In this document: positions 50,171-63,820 of the stretch, piece after piece | Numbering within the stretch: the first letter of the stretch is position 1 | Layout: every line of letters starts with the position of its first letter | Assembly (NCBI GenBank): GCA_002633005.1 | Contig: NMRA01000643.1 | Location: 124,001 to 188,000, forward strand | Direction: 5' to 3' | Source of the DNA: Phoronis australis | Taxonomy: Eukaryota > Animalia > Phoronida | DNA: 64,000 bases | The notes under the pieces: model-generated | What the model saw: only the letters and a program-made list of their open reading frames with translations | The model's database searches: none | What the model was told of the DNA's origin: nothing | Position numbers and translations under genes: made by a program

Positions 50171-53100
50171 GCGAAATGTTTGTGATAGAATCTCAGGGGT
50201 TACAGGGACTATAAACTTGACACCTTTTATCAGTGATTTCAATAGTTTATTACCCATTGGAGCTGTATGGGCAGTAAACATAGTAATTATGCCTGGTCTG
50301 GCAATGTGTACAGGTATGAAATCGTATGTTACTGGCCAAACATAAGTCTGTGGTTTTCTCAGGAATTTCCACAGACCTACAGATGAGGCGAGGTTTTTCA
50401 GGTCGGTCTATCAGGACCAAAACGCAATATGTCCTGCTGTACATTAGCATGGGTAGGAACATGCAAATGCACCTATAATGTTATTTACATTCCCACGTGA
50501 AAATAACCTCATACAATTCCAGTATTTGTCACAGAAATTTTTACTATGAAAAACTCTTCCATTGGGACTTTTAATTTTTCTGGGATTCGGATTTCCATCT
50601 AATTATGCAGGATTAATTCTGAGGAAAATTTATTCCTCAGGTGATTTTTTTTGTCAATTGAAGTTCCAAGTCAGGCTACTCTATAACTGATGTTATCAGT
50701 CTGACAGGTGTCTTTTCAAGGCCTTCCATAGGCACTACAGAACTTGCTGGGATTCTCTATTGCATAGGGACACAGTAAATTAGTGGAACTTATTCCTGCG
50801 AATTTTTTCGGGATTCTGAAATACACTGGGAAAGTTAATACGAGTTGAAAGCAGCTGTATGTATTCTGCGATTAGACTGGAAAAATGCGTGCTTGGTGTG
50901 TATGTAGACATTACTGAAGCTGTTGCGAGTAGAATAAAGAAGGTTAATGATTATTAACTACTGCATCAGCAAGACAAATTTTGAGATCTGCAAATACTTT
51001 TGATGAATGGCAAAAGTATCCAGGATTGGTTTTAACCTGTAGAAATACAGTCATCCAGAAAAGTATTTAAGGTTATTTGAGATCCTAGAAAAGTGTCCAA
51101 ATTTGGCTCTCTTCAGAACATCATATATGAGATGATGAGATTCTAATGAGACTTTCAAATACTGCACTTTAAACACTGTTCTCCAAAATGCCGTTAGGAA
51201 TTATAGGTTTCAAATGTTCCACTTTTACATGAGGGGCTATCCAAACTTGCGACATTTCTTAATTTTTTATCAAAAAAATCTAATGCAGCGTAAAACGAAA
51301 AGGAAAGGATAATTGAGAGTTAATCTCGAAGATGAATTTATAACTAAAGATATTGGCCATGCTAATGATGCGGTTGCTTTACTACGACTATGCCTCACTT
51401 TTTTGCTTAATTTTATCAATGACAGATTGGTATAAAGTAAAAATTCAAGTTTTACAAGCTTTCTAATGCTAGAAAATACTTTACCTAGGTTAGATTTTGT
51501 AGTTTTGTAGTTGGCCAAATGCACAAATAACCCTACTCTACGGAGACAGAGATTATCGTTCTTCCAATAGTGAAGTAGGAATATTACTAATCTGCTCCTG
51601 CCATATTCAAGAATTATCAGCTCCACTTCCTCGACATTTATCGAGCTTCTGTCACTTCTGACCATCTGTGGCAATCCTTACATTAACAGATGGTTTGGAA
51701 GTGAAAATTACTTTTGAAACTTACCTGTGAAACTTAAGAGTAATGTTCTTCAAGGGAAATTTAATTGGTGCTACCATACATGGTGTGAATGAAAGCCTAA
51801 AAATTTTTACACAAGGTATGGCCATCTTCCCAGGTTTATAGTCTATAGCACATTTCACCTACACTAACAGAGCTGCCAAGTCCCAATTGTTCCCTTTTAT
51901 GCATTGCCATTGATCGCAAATTTCATATACCAGGTGCTGTGTATTGTTGGCATTGAAGTGCTTTTCTAGTAGAGGTTCACGCAAAATATAGCTTGGCCAG
52001 TTATATTGTTTGAAAAATCAATTTCTCCTCAAACTGTTTGCCCTGGCCCAAGATGTATGTTAGCATTGGCCAGGCTTGTTGACAGACACCTGTCATGTTA
52101 ACTTTTCTTTCATAGTATCTATTTTTCCTGATAAGTGTATATCCGCTTAATATAATGATTAAAGGACACACCTGTGTTAAAGTACTGCTAGATTGTGTGT
52201 AAGACTAGACATTTATTTCTCAGCATGATATAGAGGTCATTACTGAATTTAATTTTTTTATACTTAATATTATGCGAAATTCCATTTTGTCATCGCAAAA
52301 TAATAGCTGAGGTTTAACACTGTCGACAATGCCAACATGTTGGAAACCAGAAGTTCATGACAGTGACTAAAGTCACCTTCAAAAATATTACACAATAATT
52401 TGAAGGTGCTTGCAGTTATGAAGTTGAGTCTTGTTGAGTAAGGTGATGAGTGAACTGAGTTGAGTTTTAGATTATCTGACGAATGTTCCATGTTCCGCTA
52501 GTAACTAAAGGCATAACAGATGTCTGGATACCTTTTACTGAAATGTGTAAATACTGCCATGATTGCAAATTGCTGTGAATTCCATACATTTCCATTGTCA
52601 CTAAACATCAGTGTCTGTGTTTCAATTATGACCACATGTTGATAAAATGTTCAAATAAAATAGAGTATAAATTGTGCTTTTTTACTCCAGCATGACACAA
52701 CAATATCACTAGCTTTCAAGCCTGTGTGCAGCCTCCTCCTCAGGTCAGTAAAGAAACAACAGTAATTACAGACGGGCATGGAGTAAAAGGGAGTCGTCAT
52801 CTTATTTTATGTTCATGTTACCTCTATAGCTTTATGCTGTTATATTTTATTTACTCAGATCACATGAAACGCGAAGGTTGTGAAAATCAATAAAATTATA
52901 CTGATGTTGGGTTATTTTTAGCGCATTGAAACTGAAGTTTGTGGATTATGGTATTCCATAGGATCAAATCTTGAAACCTTTGCTAACTTATTTCCACCAA
53001 AATTTTAAGTATTTTAAGATATTTTTATGGTCCTTTATAACTGTGTGCTCAAATTATATTTTTATGAAACCGCTGAAACTTTTTAAAGCATCAGTGAAGA

Positions 53101-53795
53101 TAAAACATTTCAGCCAATACTGTTAAAATAGCAGTGTGTTAACATACAGTTATTGTGAATTTCCGGTTTCAGACAAAAATGGTCTTTCGTTTTTCAAAAC
53201 TTTGAGAGTAGCTGTGGTTCAAAACTTGGACATTGAAAAACTTTGATTTCGTGCTGCATATGTGTCATGGAAAAAATGCTGAGATAAGATTTTACATGTC
53301 GGACAAGTTGGTGACATTGTACTGTAACCTTTATTGTGTGTGATTTTAAGAATACAATTTCTCTATCTTAAGAACAGCAGAATAGTACAGATGATAAAAA
53401 GATGTCATTTTGACTGTTTTAACTCTGGTGGGACATTTTGTCTACTTTCATACATGTATACACAGTTGATTTGTCATAATTTTATTAAGTGATCAAATAT
53501 TGATATGCGTTTCCAATATACTGGCGTGACTCTAAAGGCCCTTTCCTAAACAGTAAATTCTGCTGTTATTGAAGCTTCCATGTTAAACTGTGGTTAACCA
53601 CGAAGTTAAGCGTTTGTGTTCCCATCAGCTTCGGAGTTAGTTAGGAAACTGGTTCAGCGAAGTTATCGCAAGGCAGTGCTGGTGTGACCTTCGGTCATAT
53701 GTCTTGCTGTTTTTGGCATTACCATCATAGCAAGGATGTCTCTCTTTCCTCAAGTGGACACTAAAATTTCAACTTAACAAGGCAGCCAATGGTTG

Positions 53796-56700
53796 CCATG
53801 TTGTGACGATGAGAATATACTAGATGACAAGTATTAAAAAATAACTTGAAGATGCTAACAGTTGGTCCAAACAAAGGAAGTATGGCATATTATGGGAACT
53901 CTTTGCATAAACTAAACGTTCAGAATCCAGCAAATACGTGGATAAATTGATACAGAAGGCTTAGGCTGCCAAAATAATAAATATTGGAACAAAATATTAA
54001 CCAGTTACCGCGCACTGCTTGCAAACACAGTGACCCCTGTCATAACTCCAATGGTATCAAAGTTAAGTGTTCCCATGGTAGCGAAACATCAACACTTCGC
54101 TGTTAAATCCACCTGTTATTTCTGAATTTAACTCGCATTGTTAACTTCATTTCAAGACTGAAGTTAGAAGTTCCCAATGACCAAAGCTTTTACGAGTAAT
54201 TGGAAAGGCCTTTTAATATTCATATTCCTGTATTTATTTTCCCAACCTTACCTGTGGCAGGGATGTTACAGTAAGTAGCAGGGCTGCTCTATGTATCTTA
54301 TCAACATTAACCTGTTCTGTCCAATTCTTTATTGAACATTAGCTCTAAGTAGCTTAGTGGTGTCTGGTATTAATTTGTATTACATGTTCATTCAGATAAC
54401 TATCCCTTTAGTAGACTGCATATTGACTTTCAGCTGGTAAATATTGTTACTGGCTGCGTTTTATCCACTAGTTCGTCTAGTTGCTTTGGAATCGGATTAA
54501 TCCCGAAATCTTACCTTAAAGAATTAGATTCGATCTATTCTTAACTTAGAATTGCCTTCTAATGAATTAAAAACACTATGCAGCGTCATTTTGGATGTCA
54601 AGTTCAGTAGATAGTGTATCGGATTGCTCAACTACAGATAGTCTCTCTAGAACAACTGTTCAAATTTTTTTTGCGATTTTAAAATGTATGTGCATTGCAT
54701 TTTTCTGCGTTCTGTTTTTTATTGTCAAGCGTAAAGTTTTGGCGAGTGCAAGACTCCGGCTTCTATGAAAATATACCACCAGCACCACCGACTTGTCTTC
54801 TGGCGTAGGAATAATCAAATGCATTGGAATTAATTAATCAAAAATTACTGTGTCTGCCTGACTGGAGAATCCCCATTAAGAAACCCTCTGCGTAATAACG
54901 TGGGAAATGGTTCTAGTGCATTCCTTTATTGATTTGTTTTCTCATTTCCAATAGTGTATGGACATTGGTCCTCTCATATCTGTGTTCACATCGTTTACCA
55001 ATCTCCCTCATATTTAGATTTTTTCTGTTTTTCCTTGAACTTACTCGCTTTGAGATTTACAGCATTTTTTATCTTGGCTAAAGAGTTTCAAATCAATATC
55101 AGTTTTAATTATTTCTCCTGTCCAAGAGAAGGCCCTTTTGTTGATGTTTGTGAAGCGTTTGGCACAGAATCGTCTGAGCTTTATGTTTATAGTTATTTCA
55201 TGGCAATATGAATTTTTTCTCCAGACTCAAAGCTTTGTCTTGGCATTTCTGGTTAAATGAACAGATTTGAAGTATATTATTCAGAGCAAAGGTTTTCTCA
55301 AATGAAGTGCACTCCAACTTTTTTACTGACAATATAGTGTAAATATTTGACTTTGGGAAGGAAACCTTTGCATTACCATGAGTCTTACGCATTATGTGCA
55401 GAATCGAATGATAAGATAATTAACATATTGTGTTTGGTACTCTAAACTAAATCAGTAGACGCCAGGGGTTTGTTAAAGAAAACGCGCTGCTGAAAAACAT
55501 TTGTTAATAGCAAAGAATTTCAAATTCTGCTCGGCCTTTTCTTAAATATAAATGCATTAAACAAGAAAGTGCCTGACTAGATCTCATTTACACGGTACTA
55601 GTTGACATGGAACAACCTACTTGGAACAAATTGACGCCACTGTGACAACTTTTGTCACTCCTTTCTGAGGNCCATGTTGTGACGATGAGAATATACTAGA
55701 TGACAAGTATTAAAAAATAACTTGAAGATGCTAACAGTTGGTCCAAACAAAGGCAGTATGGCATATTGTGGGAACTCTTTGCGTAAACTAAACGTTCAGT
55801 GATTTTTTTATTGTAAAGAATCCAGCAAATACGTGGATAAATTGATACAGAAGGCTTGCGCTGCCAAAATAATAAATATTGGAACAAAATATTAACCAGT
55901 CACCGCGCACTGCTTGCAAACACAGTGACTCCTGTCGATAACTCCGATGGTATCAAAGTTAAGTGTTCCCATGGTAGCGAAGTGTTGATATCAACACTTC
56001 GCTACTAAATCCACCTGTTTCTTCTGAAGTCAACTCACACTGTTAACTTCATTTCAAGACCGAAGTTAAAAGTTCCCAATGACCAAAGCTTTTACGAGTC
56101 ATTGGAAAGGCCTTTTAATATTCATATTCATGTATTTATTTTCACAACCTTACCTGTAGCAGGGGTACAGTAAGTAGCAGGGCTGCTCTATGTATCTTAT
56201 CAACATTAACCTGTTCTGTTCAATTCTTTATTGAACATTAGCTCTAAGTAGCTTAGTGGTGTCTGGTATTAATTTGTATTACATGTTCATTCAGATAACT
56301 ATCCCTTTAGTAGACTGCATATTGACTTTCAGCTGGTAAATATTGTTACTGGCTGTGTTTTATCCACTAGTTCGTCTAGTTGCTTTGGAATCGGATTAAT
56401 CCCGAAATCTTACGTTAAAGAATTAGATTCGATCTATTCTTAACTTAGAATTGCCTTCTAATGAATTAAAAACATTATGCAGCATCATTGTGGATGTCAA
56501 GTTCAGTAGATAGTGTATCGGATTGCTCAACTACAGATAGTCTCTCTAGAACAACTATTCAATTTTTTTTTGCGATTTTAAAATGTATGTGCATTGCATT
56601 TTTCTGCATTTTGTTTTTTATTGTCAAGTGTAAAGTTTTGGCGAGTGCAAGACTCCGGCTTCTATGAAAATATACCACCAGCACCACCGACTTGTCTTCT

Positions 56701-57570
56701 GGCGTAGGAATAATCAAATGCATTGGAATTAATTAATCAAAAAATTACTGTGTCTGCCTGACTGGAGAATCCCCATTAAGAAACCCTCTGCGTAATAACG
56801 TGGGAAATGGTTCTAGTGCATTCCTTTATTGATTTGTTTTCTCATTTCCAATAGTGTATGGACATTGGTAATCTCATATCTGTGTTCACATAGTTTACCA
56901 ATCTCCCTCATATTTAGATTTTTTCTGTTTTTCCTTGAACTTACTCGCTTTGAGATTTACAGCATTTTTTATCTTGGCTAAAGAGTTTCAAATCAATATC
57001 AGTTTTAATTATTTCTCCTGTCCAAGAGAAGGCCCTTTTGTTGATGTTTGTGAAGCGTTTGGCACAGAATCGTCTGAGCTTTATGTTTATAGTTATTTCA
57101 TGGCAATATGAATTTTTTCTCCAGACTCAAAGCTTTGTCTTGGCATTTCTGGTTAAATGAACAGATTTGAAGTATATTATTCAGAGCAAAGGTTTTCTCA
57201 AATGAAGTGCACTCCAACTTTTTTACTGACAATATAGTGTAAATATTTGACTTTGGGAAGGAAACCTTTGCATTACCATGAGTCTTACGCATTATGTGCA
57301 GAATCGAATGATAAGATAATTAACATATTGTGTTTGGTACTCTAAACTAAATCAGTAGACGCCAGGGGTTTGTTAAAGAAAACGCGCTGCTGAAAAACAT
57401 TTGTTAATAGCAAAGAATTTCAAATTCTGCTCGGCCTTTTCTTAAATATAAATGCATTAAACAAGAAAGTGCCTGACTAGATCTCATTTACACGGTACTA
57501 GTTGACATGGAACAACCTACTTGGAACAAACTGATGCCACTGTGACAACTTTTGTCACTCCTTTCTGAGG
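53796..57570. repeat. About 1.9-kb near-identical tandem duplication (53796-55670 / 55672-57570) joined by a single N; probable haplotype/assembly artefact
   Basis: Both copies run from ccatgttgtgacgatgag to tcactcctttctgagg; N at 55671; identical 64-aa ORFs at 55198 and 57098. Confidence 0.88.
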
Positions 57571-60500
57571 TAAGTTGATCCGGATCATCTTGAACCATGT
57601 CAACTATACAATATTTAATCACAAATCAGTAGTAAGGTGCAAAGGACCATCTCAATTGCATTTCCACCACTGCATACATACGTGAGGTTATTTTGGTGCC
57701 GTATCTAATAATTGCCATTCACTGTCTTGTCGTTTAAATTTATTTTGTCTCTGAGTATGACGGTTACATCTGCTACAACCTGTTCAAATGACACAAGGAG
57801 CGGAAACAAGGATCCAGTATTGGCCATAATACTGAACAGTGACACAGATCAAGTCTTGCTGTAACAAAGTAGTTCTGTGTCAAACATTGATCGTGTAAAA
57901 GTGACGTCAGGTATGCCTGGTGTATATTGAAAATTTCAAAAAGTTAACCGACATGATTGAAGCCATACATAAGATACTGCTTTGATACTACTGAAATTAA
58001 AACACTAAAACATTAAAACACTGTGATGTCACTTGTTGTTTTGTTTGTGTTGCTTTTAACATGGTGATACATTTATTGTTTGTTTTTGCTAAAATGTCTT
58101 GCTTGTGACTTTGTGAAGGTTGGATTCTTTTGTAACATGATATTTAACTAAACCAGCATTACAGGTTCAGAAGTCAACAGAATATGAATAATCAAAAAGT
58201 TGTATTCAGAGTAAAAGCATAAGGTACCATTGCCTAGTTATTACTTGGTGAAGTAAATTATCTTTCTTGTCCATAGCAATGGTTTTGTTATTTATTTGTT
58301 TCATTTTGCACTCTACAGGTCTCATTTCTTATCTGATTTTCATGAAATTTACGCACAATATGTGCCTTTCTAATATCTAGAGGCCTGTTGTTTTTGGTTG
58401 AATTTGGTTGCAAGATGTCATTGTGGTGGCCATCTTTCTTTTATTTGACTGATGTCACTTTCTGGTGACCACTTGCAGAAACGTTACCATACAGCTGTTG
58501 ATTTGCACTCCTACCCATGGAGTAGTTTAGATGCACAAATAATTCACATCTGATCAATACAGCTCTGTTTGCTCTCAGTACCTTCCAGTTTCAGTTGTTA
58601 TTGTTGCAAGACATCACTTTGTACTCTGCATGTTATGGAATAGAGAAGACAATACCCTGGTGGCTGGTCCATTCGTTATGTGTGTTTACACTTAAGGCTG
58701 TCAATAAAATCCATGTGATGCTTCGTATAACGAATAGGAAATGAATTGATCATTTGATGACTGAGAAATGAAATTGTCAACTGTGTTGATTCTTGTAACA
58801 CTGCCATTTGGTAATTATTCTTCAGCTGTTGACTAAAGTTTTCACCAACAGCGTGGCAATTTCTATTTTTCAAAAGCTTATTACATTGCTCAGCACTTGA
58901 AATTTTTCTCTTTTAAGAGGATTTCTCTTTTTTGGTTTGGGTTTCCCTTTATTTGATTTCTAGTTTCCTCCTTTTCATCTCTTTTTTTTAATCATTATTT
59001 TCTCTTTATTCATACAAAAACTTTTATTTCATTTAAATTTTACGACACAAAAATATTTCTATCTTACAAGCCTATTTATTTGTGGAACGATAGATTATCT
59101 GGAAAATTTTCCGCTTTTTTGTCTTTGGTCATTCCAAGCCCTGATAGCTACAAAATATATGCTGAACGTTTCTCAGTACAGATTTTTGTCCTTTTACAAA
59201 TTGATTTTTGAATTTTGTAATTGCAAATCGCATCACTTTTATTATTGTCAAGTTTTTTTTACTTACATAGTCAAATGTCTAGCACTGATTTCACCTTTTT
59301 CAAGCTTGTTATTTAATTCCATTACTCTTTGCTTTGAGTCCAATCTATGATGTGGAGATAAATGCACCAGCCTGAAAGCATCGTTCAAAACTTGTCAGTC
59401 TCAATTGGCCAAATGTCTCTTTGTTCTCTATGACATACGAGAATTTATATTGAAAACCGTCTACTCGTTAACAAAAGTTGAATTTTTATGTATCCAGTGT
59501 ATGCATAAGTGTTGGTAACCAAATGGGTAGTTTTCAAGAGTTCTCATAGAAATTGCTGACTTGTAATTGAAATTTTAATTTTGCTCATTTCTTAATAATG
59601 CTTTCATTTTTTTTAATAAAGTTCAACCTGATTACTACCTGGTTTATTCAATTTTACGTAGTGTTGCAGTCTTCGGTCCTTAGATATGGTACGTCTTCAC
59701 CTGTTTAGCTCAAATATGGTTGACGAGTGAAATTTTATTTCGTCAAATTTCTTTTAAGATAGTGCTTAACAATATCTGTTACAAGCATGCTTTTACGGTG
59801 TAGATGTCTCAAAACAGTATTAGGTAAAATTTCCGTAGGTTGCAGCAAGGTAAACAGCCTTTGAAAAATGGAAAATTGCAAATTTTGGCAATTAATTTTG
59901 TGTGAACTAAGGTTAGAGTGGTTGTATTTCGATGCATATGTTTACTGTGCATTATTCTTTTTTAGCCAAAAATAAACTTGTAGCTTACCTGCAATACTTT
60001 TCTGTCGATTAATGCACCCTTTTCTTCTCTCGTGTTCCTTTCACATTTGCTGGCTGAGCCCAATTCACAGTGACTATTGGGATACTGGACAAGTCCATTG
60101 TGAATTAAGGGGAAGCACAGTTTTGCTTGGGTACTAAGCCTCGCTTATATTAATTGTCATTTAATTTTGTTCAATTTGTTCAATGTCGGATATTGAAAAA
60201 TTACAGTAATCCTAGCTTTTATATGAACAATTTTGACCAGGGAAAAGTCTCTTGGGTGCAAAAATGATGCTAGTTATTGTCTTTGGTATTGTTATAACTT
60301 TTCATATCAATATTTTTAAATGGTTAAGTGTTAATCTCAGTCTAAAGTTCAGATGTTATACATACCAAGAAAGTTTAATAGCGTTTGGGTTTTAGTTTTT
60401 GTATTTCACCATCTGAATTAATTTTGGTTTTTGGTACCCAACTTTTTTCTCATTCTCTCACAAAGTTGAGAGTCTAAAACATCTACGCTCAACAAGAGTA

Positions 60501-61713
60501 ATATCTACAAGTCGAAGTGTTCTGAGAGCACTACGCACAATGCAAGCGCCCCCTTTAGGCACACAGAGTCATCACACTCCAGCACTGACTAAACAAATTC
60601 CGAGATATTGGCTTTGATAACTCTTTATCACTGAACCTTCATATCAAAGTCACTGCTGTTTTATAAACAAAAGACTCAATACTCTCTTTAACAATAATGC
60701 TACATCAACACAGCTACACATGTGGCCTTGATGTTTTTGTGTGAAGGTGCAGGAATGGACATTTTGAGGAGGCCCCATTCACAATCTAGTGTCTTGCAAC
60801 AATGAAGTGACCATCGGTATCAATAGCTATGTTACCCAAGCTGAATAACATGTAAAACGTTCTTTCCTCATGCTCTCATGGTTTCTTACCAGTTAGGCTT
60901 AGTTTGTCTGGTAAAGTACAACTCTTAGTTTGTTGTGGAACCATTTTTTGGTTGTATAGTTGGTGAAAGATGCCTGACTGAAGTTCAGCAGAACACCTGA
61001 TGTTGTGTATATGTTGCATATTCATGAATATGAATGTAATCGGTAAAAGATTTGTCATTTTAATTATTGATGTTGTCACAATACATAAACATGAGTAAGA
61101 GCACATGTCATGATCCCATTCAGAATAAGGCACTGAAGGAGTGACTATTTCATTACTCAACTCTGGCACTCTACCACTAGACTGGAGAAACACAAACTGC
61201 ATGCTTGCGTTCATAAAGGGCAACTGGTCCCTTTCGAAAAACTATAGACATTTTTGTCTACTTGGATACTATGTAAATTATTCAAGCATTTTTATGTAGT
61301 AAATTGACATATTTTATTTAATCTTACAACATTCTGAGTCTGTAAGCATTATTTGCACTTGTTTTTCCTATGCGTCTTGCAATGACCAACGTATGAGACA
61401 GGTGTACAGGAAACACAACCAGCATCAGTGACAGCAAAACAAAGACTGGATTGGAGAAATACAGGACTGAGGGTAATGTCAATATAACAATCCTCATCAA
61501 GACACTTGCAAGGCACTTTCAGCGATATATTTTCTCGAATGGAACTAAAATAATAAATTCAGAATTACATTCCAACCTCACGGACCACTAACTTCAGTGG
61601 CTGTCATTCGGAAAATACAAACAAAAAATCCATTGTGGGCATTTAGCTAAACATGGGCATTAAAATGGCTGAATTTGGTATTGCTTTTATGGTGTCGCCC
61701 ATTTAAATGTTTT

Positions 61714-63327
61714 CTATATGGCTGTTGTCATCAGTTCCTTTATTGCGCGATTCCAGTTGCTCAAAGACAATGTATGATTCGCGTGATGCCGACCTGCGTT
61801 CCTTGTATTGTGGTTTATCATGGCCTGTGCCATCCCTGGTTTATCCTCTTTTAAACTTGACTTAGAAGAGGCATGCTGAAAACCCAAAAACTTTTCTGAA
61901 TCTACGAGCTTCGGAACTTCGACTGGCGAATTTGTACCTGCTTGAAAGTCTGGATTGGCAACCTCATAGCCTGTGATTTCATTACTTGACACTTCTGATA
62001 TACTTTCCTGAAAATCGGTCACATCTCGTGGATGAAATCTCAGTTGACTAATAGGCAAATAAATTGGCCTGCTGTTTCTCTGAGCTTTCATGTGCGTCAG
62101 AAGTGATGGTGCTGGCCCTTGAACGGAAGGAATGGACCTTGGGCTCTTGCAGTTTGGACTACCTCTAGTCTGCATGAATGGATGATGCGCTCTATATGTT
62201 TCCTCCATGCTGGTTGTTTCTGTTGCCAACAGTTTAGGCTGAGGGTTAAATGCGTAACTCGTAGGTGCATCTGGACTTTGTTTTCCAGTCGGCTGGATGC
62301 TAATTTCTTTTTTCTGTGCATTTCCTAGTTGCTGAGCGTAATCCGATTTTTGTGCTTTTGCCGACTGTATTGTTTTTGCTGGCTTTTGTGCTTTTCCTAA
62401 CTTCTTTGCTTTTTCAAATGTCCTTTTTCTAGCGTTTTCCTTCAGCATCCTCAGACGAAATTGCAGCTCGGTGATTATATCCATTTTCCAGACACAGGCT
62501 AAAAATATGACAGCAGTTTTGGCAAACACACATATTTGGGCTGCAACGTGTACATTGGTGTCATTGGGATTTGTAAACTGCAGGAAATGCAGCACCATGT
62601 TCACAGTCATGGAGATGGAACACGCCGCATTGCGTATTGTATTCATGGTCTCGCCTTGACTCATTTGGTCTTGGTTCCTTGATGTTTTACTACGTAAACA
62701 CGTGAACAGGGTCACAGAGCAGGTGGCGTACAGCAGGAAGTTAGCCAATACGAAACAACTGGATGGCACGACAAAGAAAATCAGCAGTCCTGATACCTTA
62801 GATATGAAGCAATAGCCGCCACCAATTCCTAAGCTGAAACCCAAAATTTCCTGCTCACTCTGTGTTGTGCTGATGAATGGCAACAAGAATATGGGCCAAA
62901 CAAAAGCTAAAGGTATTATCCAACTGTAGAGCGTATAAGTGATGTATTGTTTTTTATGTGACTTCATCCTCTGGATGTAGTGCGTGAGGTTCCACCAGTT
63001 GTCTATGGCACTCATCTTCAACCATGAGAATGCTGCCAACCAGAAATATTCAGTCAAGATGGCTCCCATCAAGCACAGCACTTTGCTACCTGTTAGTCTC
63101 AGAGTAAACATGGTGATAAGTTCTTGCATGGCGTGAGAAAGGCACATGTTGATGACGCAGTATCCCCCGGTAGTGTGCAGGCGCGGAATCACGATGTAGA
63201 CTAGAGCTGTGGCAATCAGAATGACAATACTGACCATGGTGAATATTCCATCAAAATATTCCAGAGGCATGTCCAAGCTGTCCTGTGTTTGGTTCAAGGA
63301 ATTTGTAAACTGGTGGACTGGTGTCAT
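61714..63327 (-). CDS. Secretin/adhesion/Methuselah-like (7tm_2-type) GPCR with a very short N-terminus and long C-tail, 537 aa
   Basis: TM1 VSIVILIATALVYIVIPRLHTTGGYCVINMCLS; TM3 CLMGAILTEYFWLAAFSWLKMSAIDNW; TM4 YTLYSWIIPLAFV; ECL2 GGGYCFI; TM5 LLIFFVVPSSCFVLANFLLY. These are typical Mth/adhesion-family patterns. A strong acceptor (tttccctttatctacag) lies at 63474. Confidence 0.85.
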   Translation of the reverse strand: MTPVHQFTNSLNQTQDSLDMPLEYFDGIFTMVSIVILIATALVYIVIPRLHTTGGYCVINMCLSHAMQELITMFTLRLTGSKVLCLMGAILTEYFWLAAFSWLKMSAIDNWWNLTHYIQRMKSHKKQYITYTLYSWIIPLAFVWPIFLLPFISTTQSEQEILGFSLGIGGGYCFISKVSGLLIFFVVPSSCFVLANFLLYATCSVTLFTCLRSKTSRNQDQMSQGETMNTIRNAACSISMTVNMVLHFLQFTNPNDTNVHVAAQICVFAKTAVIFLACVWKMDIITELQFRLRMLKENARKRTFEKAKKLGKAQKPAKTIQSAKAQKSDYAQQLGNAQKKEISIQPTGKQSPDAPTSYAFNPQPKLLATETTSMEETYRAHHPFMQTRGSPNCKSPRSIPSVQGPAPSLLTHMKAQRNSRPIYLPISQLRFHPRDVTDFQESISEVSSNEITGYEVANPDFQAGTNSPVEVPKLVDSEKFLGFQHASSKSSLKEDKPGMAQAMINHNTRNAGRHHANHTLSLSNWNRAIKELMTTAI

Positions 63328-63820
63328 TTTTGTTATCTCTGCTGATCATGAATTGTCTACACTCCCTGACTGCTCAGTTTCTTCTGTTGTTACTGTTGTA
63401 TTGCAAGCTTTCATGCCAACTTGCCAGATGTGTTATTGGCTGCATATGGTGTACTACTCTGCATATATAAAATCTGTAGATAAAGGGAAAATGGTTTTGT
63501 TGAGAGGCACTCTTACGTAACCCCTGCATGATATAGTTGGCTAGTTATAAGGTTTTTTGTTCTGTGATTGTGTGAATTTCATTGAAGTGCCTAAAGGACA
63601 ATATTATCTTTTTGAAAGCATTTTTGGTAAATTTGGCATGTTTCACATACTTTGAAAGGTGTTATGAACCTTTATAGTCAATTTCAGTTAAAATAAAATT
63701 GATGAAAATTACAATTCTTCAAGTCGTACAGTGCAAACACTGAGTGATTGTTTGGCTGAATAGCTGTTGTAGTTTTGTTATCTGTTTCTGGCATCATTGC
63801 TCAAGTCAAGATTTTAGTGA

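Noticed and set aside
55198-57292. Two identical 64-aa ORFs suggesting a duplicated gene
   Set aside because: They lie within the N-joined duplication and show no coding features.
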